DNA from: Bacilli bacterium
GTDB lineage: Bacteria; Bacillota_I; Bacilli_A; RFN20; UBA1709
Length of the DNA stretch: 64,000 nucleotides
Direction: 5' to 3'
Assembly (NCBI GenBank): GCA_050949315.1
Contig: JBMNFL010000001.1
Location: 826,413 to 890,412 of the forward strand
Shown here piece after piece: positions 59,313 to 64,000 of the stretch. Position numbers and translations under genes: made by a program. A model generated the notes under the pieces. It was not told the origin of the DNA and searched no databases. It saw only the letters and a program-made list of their open reading frames with translations. Each line of letters begins with the position of its first letter. Position 1 is the first letter of the stretch.

Positions 59313-61895
59313 ATGGCAGACAATTTTGGCCTGCGGATAGGCATCGAAGGTGAAAAGGATTTCAAGAAAGCAATCGCGGATATCAATTCGCAGATGAAAG
59401 TGCTCGGATCCGAGATGAAACTTGTGGAGTCGCAGTTCTCATCCCAGGATAAGTCGGTTGAAGCTTTGACCGCAAGGAACGATGTCTTAAATAAAAACAT
59501 CGATACCCAAAAATCTAAGATTGAAACATTGCGTTCCGCACTTGAAAACGCGTCATCCTCCTTCGGCGAAAATGACCGCCGCACACAGGCATGGGCGGTT
59601 CGGCTGAACAACGCACAGGCAGAACTCAATAAAATGGAGCGTGAACTGGAAGATAACAGTTCCGCTCTCAAGGATACCGGCAAAGGCATGGATGACATGG
59701 GAGATGCCGCCGATGAGATGGGCGACGATGTCAAAGAAGCAGGCGATGATGCCGACGAAGCGTCATCCCGCTTTGAAGGTCTCGGCGGTGTATGTAAAGC
59801 GGTAGCCGGAACACTTGCCCTAGCTTTTGCCGCAGTATCCGCAGCAGCCATATCCGCCGGAAAAGCACTCATAGATATGTCGACCGAAGGCGCTGTGTAT
59901 GCCGACACGGTAATGACCGAATCGACCGTCACCGGTATTGCGACAGACAAGCTGCAGGAATATATGTATGCGGCTGAACTTGTGGATGTTTCGACAGAGA
60001 CTCTTACAAAGTCTATGGCAAAGCAGATTAAAAGCATGAAGGCTATCCAGGACGGCACGAAGCTTTCCGTGGACGCCTATGAAAAGCTTGGTGTACAGGT
60101 ATTGAACGCTGACGGAAGTCTTCGGGATTCGGATGCGGTGTATTGGGAAGTCATCGACGCACTCGGAAAAATGCAGAACGAGACCGAACGCGATGCGCTT
60201 GCCATGCAGATCCTCGGCAAATCCGCCCAGGAACTGAATCCGCTTATTACGGTTGGCGCGGAGAGGATGGCAGAACTCGGTGAGGAAGCAAGAAAAGCCG
60301 GATATGTGGTTTCTGATGAAATGCTGAATGCATACGGGAAGCTTGACGACCAGATTCAGTATCTGACTGTCGGAACAACCGCAGCAAAGAACGCACTCGG
60401 CACCGTGCTGCTTCCCGTGCTTACTGACCTTGCCGGTTCGGGAGTTGACCTTCTCGGAGAGTTTACCAACGGCATACTGAATGCCAACGGCGATATATCG
60501 CAAATGGGCAAGGTAATCGGGGACATTCTGCCGAAGGCAATCGATGTCATTATGGAGTATGTTCCGGTAATTCTTGACCTTATAATGTCGCTCGTCACAT
60601 CCATCGGAAAAGCAATCGTGGATAATCTGCCGATGATTGTTTCATCGGCGACGCAGATAATCCTTTCCATCCTTGAAGGGCTTGTTTCAGCTTTACCTCG
60701 AATAGCTGAAGGAGCCCTTATGCTTGTTTCGGAACTCGCAATGGGGATTATAAACAATCTTCCTATGATACTTGAAACCGCTATGCAGGTAATCGTAACC
60801 CTTGCATCAGGAATTTCGGACTCGCTGCCGACGCTCATTCCCACAATCGTTGCTGTTATCATGCAGGTATGCCGGACACTCATAGATAATTTGCCTCAGC
60901 TGCTCACGGCGGTACTTCAGATCATCATGGGGCTTGCTCAAGGCATACTTGATGCGATTCCGGTCATTATCAATGCGCTGCCGGCAATCATTAACGGAGT
61001 CATAACATTTTTAATAAATGCCATTCCCCAGATAATCGAAACCGGCATCAAGCTGATTACATCTCTTGTGGCGGCGCTTCCGACCATTATAGCCGCAATC
61101 GTAAACGCTCTGCCTCAGATTATTAACGGCATCATCAATGGTGTGCTCGGCGCGATTCCGCAGATAATCGAAGCGGGCATCAAACTGCTGGTATCTCTCA
61201 TTCAGGCACTTCCGACCATAATTCTCACCATTGTAAACGCACTGCCGCAGATCATCACGAGCATCGTAAACGCAATCACTCAGAACATTCCGATGATCGT
61301 TCAGGCAGGAATTACACTTTTGACTTCGCTCATAAAAAACCTTCCGACCATTATCAAAGAAATCGTGAAAGCGATGCCGCAGATTATTTCCGGTATTGTG
61401 TCCGCTCTCGGAAACGGTGTATCGCAGCTTGCCGATGTAGGAAAAAATCTCGTCAAAGGTTTATGGAACGGTATTCAGTCGCTTGCGTCATGGATCTGGG
61501 ACAAAGTTTCCGGCTGGGCGAAGGATTTGTGGAACGGCATCTGCAGCTTTTTCGGAATAAAATCGCCGTCAAAGAAGTTCGCCGAACTCGGTATGTATAT
61601 GTCCCAGGGGCTTGGTATCGGTTTTGTGGATGAAATGAAAAATGTTGACAAGGACATCCTGAAAGCGATTCCTTCAGACTTTGATATCAACACAAGAACC
61701 CATCTCAATAGTGTCGTCGATGACCGCTCTCTTGAGGCTGCGACTTATGCAAGGCAGACTTCTTTCAGAAACACATCCGGACAGGTTGTGGTGCAGGTTC
61801 CGCTGTACCTTGACGGCAAAGAAATCACGGCGGCAACCGGTTCAATACAAAGCGGGTTTACTTCCTCCTACCGCCGCGCATTGGGGGTGACCTGA
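59313..61895 (+). CDS. Tail tape measure protein
   Basis: 860 aa, N-terminal coiled coil, internal hydrophobic tandem repeats (LPQII.GI.N / IPQIIE.GIKLL). Follows the G/GT chaperone. RBS GGAGGTGA. Confidence 0.85.
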   Translation: MADNFGLRIGIEGEKDFKKAIADINSQMKVLGSEMKLVESQFSSQDKSVEALTARNDVLNKNIDTQKSKIETLRSALENASSSFGENDRRTQAWAVRLNNAQAELNKMERELEDNSSALKDTGKGMDDMGDAADEMGDDVKEAGDDADEASSRFEGLGGVCKAVAGTLALAFAAVSAAAISAGKALIDMSTEGAVYADTVMTESTVTGIATDKLQEYMYAAELVDVSTETLTKSMAKQIKSMKAIQDGTKLSVDAYEKLGVQVLNADGSLRDSDAVYWEVIDALGKMQNETERDALAMQILGKSAQELNPLITVGAERMAELGEEARKAGYVVSDEMLNAYGKLDDQIQYLTVGTTAAKNALGTVLLPVLTDLAGSGVDLLGEFTNGILNANGDISQMGKVIGDILPKAIDVIMEYVPVILDLIMSLVTSIGKAIVDNLPMIVSSATQIILSILEGLVSALPRIAEGALMLVSELAMGIINNLPMILETAMQVIVTLASGISDSLPTLIPTIVAVIMQVCRTLIDNLPQLLTAVLQIIMGLAQGILDAIPVIINALPAIINGVITFLINAIPQIIETGIKLITSLVAALPTIIAAIVNALPQIINGIINGVLGAIPQIIEAGIKLLVSLIQALPTIILTIVNALPQIITSIVNAITQNIPMIVQAGITLLTSLIKNLPTIIKEIVKAMPQIISGIVSALGNGVSQLADVGKNLVKGLWNGIQSLASWIWDKVSGWAKDLWNGICSFFGIKSPSKKFAELGMYMSQGLGIGFVDEMKNVDKDILKAIPSDFDINTRTHLNSVVDDRSLEAATYARQTSFRNTSGQVVVQVPLYLDGKEITAATGSIQSGFTSSYRRALGVT
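60950..61400 (+). repeat. Tandem ~130-bp repeats inside the tape measure gene
   Basis: Three superrepeats encoding LPTII..IVNA-LPQII.GI..-IPQIIE.GIKLL.SLI.A. Confidence 0.55.
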
Positions 61896-61896
61896 T

Positions 61897-63336
61897 ATGG
61901 ACATTATAGTAAGAAGAACGGACAACACGATTGTTGCCACAGTATCAAGCGTATTTTCCTGCACCATTAAAGAAAAGCTGACCACGGAGAAAACGCTGTC
62001 TTTTCAGGCACTCCTTGACGGCGGACTTGAAAACATAAATGACACAGACGGATATATCGTCCAGTACGGAAACGATTTCTATGATGTAGTAAAAGTAAAA
62101 AAGGAACTCTCCGGCGGTCTTTACAAAATAACTGCAGAATGCGAACACGTATCCTACCGCCTTACCTCATACATTAAGTCGGCTTTTTCACAGACAGGCA
62201 CTCCGCGTGAAATCCTCAATACCCTTGTCCGGCTTACCGGACTTACCGCCGGGGATGTAGAACCGATAGGTATGGTTACCTACACAATGCCGGAAGATAA
62301 AACCAAGAGAGCCGCTGTCTTAGATTTCTGCTCGGTATTCGGCTGGGAACCGGAGTTTACAGGATACGAAGTGCATATCCGAAACCACAGAGGCAGTACA
62401 GAGATAAAAGAACTCTTTGAGAAAAATGTGGTGTCTGTTTCAAAAACGGTAGATAAAACAGGCAGCCAAAGAAGCTATTCGGTCTCTGTATATAAGCCGT
62501 CAAATCTTCATCTCGGCGACGAGGTGCATATGAAATTCGACAGACTGGATATTGATGAGAACGTGCGTGTTGTCGGCATTACGAGAAATCCGTTTACAAG
62601 TGACGAGGTGCAACTTGAGGTGGACGATTACACTCCCTCGGTGGAAAGAGACCTCGTAAATATCGAACAAAGTATGATTGCAAAGGGCCGAAACTATTAC
62701 GGCCTTTCCATTACACCGGAGAGCGGTCTTGAAATTACCAGAGACGACAACAAGGCAAAGGTCGTAATGAACGCTGACGAGTTTGCCATGAAAGCAGATG
62801 ACGGGCAAGGAAACCTTATCAACCGGCTGTACTTCGACCCTGCCACAGGCGACTATAAGTTTGTAGGCACCGTCAAGATAGACGGCGGAGAAATCAATAT
62901 CGGCGACAACTTCCGGGTGGACCAGCACGGAAATGCTTACCTCGCAGGTGATGCAACCATATACGGCGGAAGGTTTTATGCCGGACAGCCGGGGGATGCG
63001 GAAGGTTTCTCGCAGATGACCTCAGGCGGTTTTGAGGTGTACAACGCCGATTATGACGTCAAGCTGCGGTTCGGCTATACCACGGATGATGAGGACTATC
63101 CCTTCATCCAGCTCGGCTCGGGTTCCGGAGCGTCAGCCGACTACGGTCTTGTAAAGAAATTCTCAGACGGTCTGTGGATCGGCAACTCCGAACCGGAAGA
63201 CGAAAGCGGAGACTTCACCGCTAAGACCGGATACAACGGCATCTTCTTCCGATTTTCTGACAACACCGCATATATCGTAAACGGTACGACAATGAAAAAC
63301 ATTTACACGGGTGCGGCAATCGCGAAGTTTGGGTAA
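61897..63336 (+). CDS. Distal tail protein (Dit-like) with C-terminal extension
   Basis: Sits immediately after the TMP. Siphovirus tail-component-like N-domain. Confidence 0.6.
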   Translation: MDIIVRRTDNTIVATVSSVFSCTIKEKLTTEKTLSFQALLDGGLENINDTDGYIVQYGNDFYDVVKVKKELSGGLYKITAECEHVSYRLTSYIKSAFSQTGTPREILNTLVRLTGLTAGDVEPIGMVTYTMPEDKTKRAAVLDFCSVFGWEPEFTGYEVHIRNHRGSTEIKELFEKNVVSVSKTVDKTGSQRSYSVSVYKPSNLHLGDEVHMKFDRLDIDENVRVVGITRNPFTSDEVQLEVDDYTPSVERDLVNIEQSMIAKGRNYYGLSITPESGLEITRDDNKAKVVMNADEFAMKADDGQGNLINRLYFDPATGDYKFVGTVKIDGGEINIGDNFRVDQHGNAYLAGDATIYGGRFYAGQPGDAEGFSQMTSGGFEVYNADYDVKLRFGYTTDDEDYPFIQLGSGSGASADYGLVKKFSDGLWIGNSEPEDESGDFTAKTGYNGIFFRFSDNTAYIVNGTTMKNIYTGAAIAKFG

Positions 63337-63350
63337 GGGAGGTGATGTCA

Positions 63351-64000
63351 GGTGGCATTAACACCATGGAGTTGGACGGCTTCAAACGGCACGGCTTCGG
63401 CGGCGCAGACAAAGTCGGCACATACGGCGCTGACTTCAAGCGGAAACACCGCCGCTTTTCACCGCTATGTCTGGAATGATCTTGTAAATAAAGTTAACCA
63501 AGTGCTCACCGCTTTGAATCTTTCATGGGCGGACACATACGGAACAATTTCAAACACCCGTATAAATTACGCCTACGAGGATCTGACCGCGGCACGATTT
63601 AACGCGGTTCGGTATAATACAAGGTACAACTCGTGGTCGTGGGAATATGATGCGTTAAATCCATGGTATACCGGCCGCACAGATTTCAGAGGTGTCGGCA
63701 GTGTGGGAGAGAGTGCCGCCGACATTGTGTACGGCAGATATTTTCTTGAACTTACCGAGCGACTGAATGTGGTCATAGGCATCATCAACGGCACGACACC
63801 GACCGAGGATATGGATTTATCGCTCATTTCAAGCCTTTTGCCGGAGGCGGATTTATTCTCGGGAGCATCGACGGCACTTGGAGCGACCAAATCGGGAATT
63901 ATTATCCCATCAGCAGCTTTGCAGTCCGAAAATCTGCCGAGTCTGACACTTCATATACTTGTACCTTCCCCCCTCGCACACGCCGCTTTGGAAACCGACG
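63351..64000 (+). CDS. Tail protein (Tal/fibre-like), 3'-partial; runs off the window
   Basis: GTG 63351 lies 5 nt after AAGGGAGGTGA. The frame is open to the window end. Absent from the ORF track because there is no in-window stop. Confidence 0.45.

Noticed and set aside
63345-63479. 44-codon ORF from ATG 63345
   Set aside because: It terminates early, while the overlapping GTG-initiated frame stays open to the window end with protein-like composition. Kept only as a caveat.

Overview
The window splits into three compositional blocks.

Block 1 (1 to about 27.67 kb) is low-GC (about 30-33%) chromosome of a Firmicutes/Erysipelotrichia-like host. It carries:
- an oppBCDF-type oligopeptide ABC transporter with Mollicutes-style insertions;
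- RimK-like ATP-grasp ligase;
- a GlpA-like/pyridine-nucleotide-disulfide/DUF1667 oxidoreductase trio plus an FAD-linked oxidase;
- rpmE, a GT2 glycosyltransferase, two paralogous tRNA-Pro genes, and a lipoprotein 5'-nucleotidase;
- a DUF523(TudS-like)-nucleotidyltransferase fusion next to psuG;
- pyrG, a DsrE-like protein, apt, and an O-antigen-ligase-like membrane protein;
- a DUF2268 Zn-protease-like protein and a TasA/camelysin-like secreted protein with a SipW-type signal peptide.
Most genes have recognisable sigma70 promoters, Shine-Dalgarno sites and intrinsic terminators.

Block 2 (about 27.7 to 39.3 kb) is GC-intermediate and mosaic. It holds:
- an IS256-family insertion sequence;
- about 1.7 kb of non-coding DNA full of periodic direct repeats and iteron-like units that flank a truncated flavodiiron-protein gene;
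- a 1,502-aa REC-PAS-GGDEF-EAL-HAMP-PAS-GGDEF-HD-GYP c-di-GMP protein with a truncated REC/Hpt partner;
- a minus-strand operon of an HNH-like protein, a small protein, a coiled-coil P-loop (ABC/SMC-like) ATPase and an XRE regulator. This operon looks like a Lamassu/ABC-three-component-type antiphage system.

Block 3 (about 39.3 kb to the end) is high-GC (about 57%) siphovirus-like prophage or phage DNA, entirely on the plus strand:
- a sigma-70 region-4-like regulator, an HNH endonuclease and a frameshifted SNF2 helicase;
- a family-A DNA polymerase, a DUF4406-like protein and a 1,000-aa primase-polymerase/PriCT-2/SF3-helicase/DNA-methyltransferase fusion;
- TerL, HK97-type portal, ClpP-like protease, major capsid, connector and tail genes;
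- a tail chaperone with a -1 frameshift site, a tape measure protein with internal tandem repeats, Dit, and a partial downstream tail gene.

No integrase or att site is visible. The GC jumps (about 30% to 45% to 57%) point either to nested horizontally acquired DNA or to a chimeric assembly.
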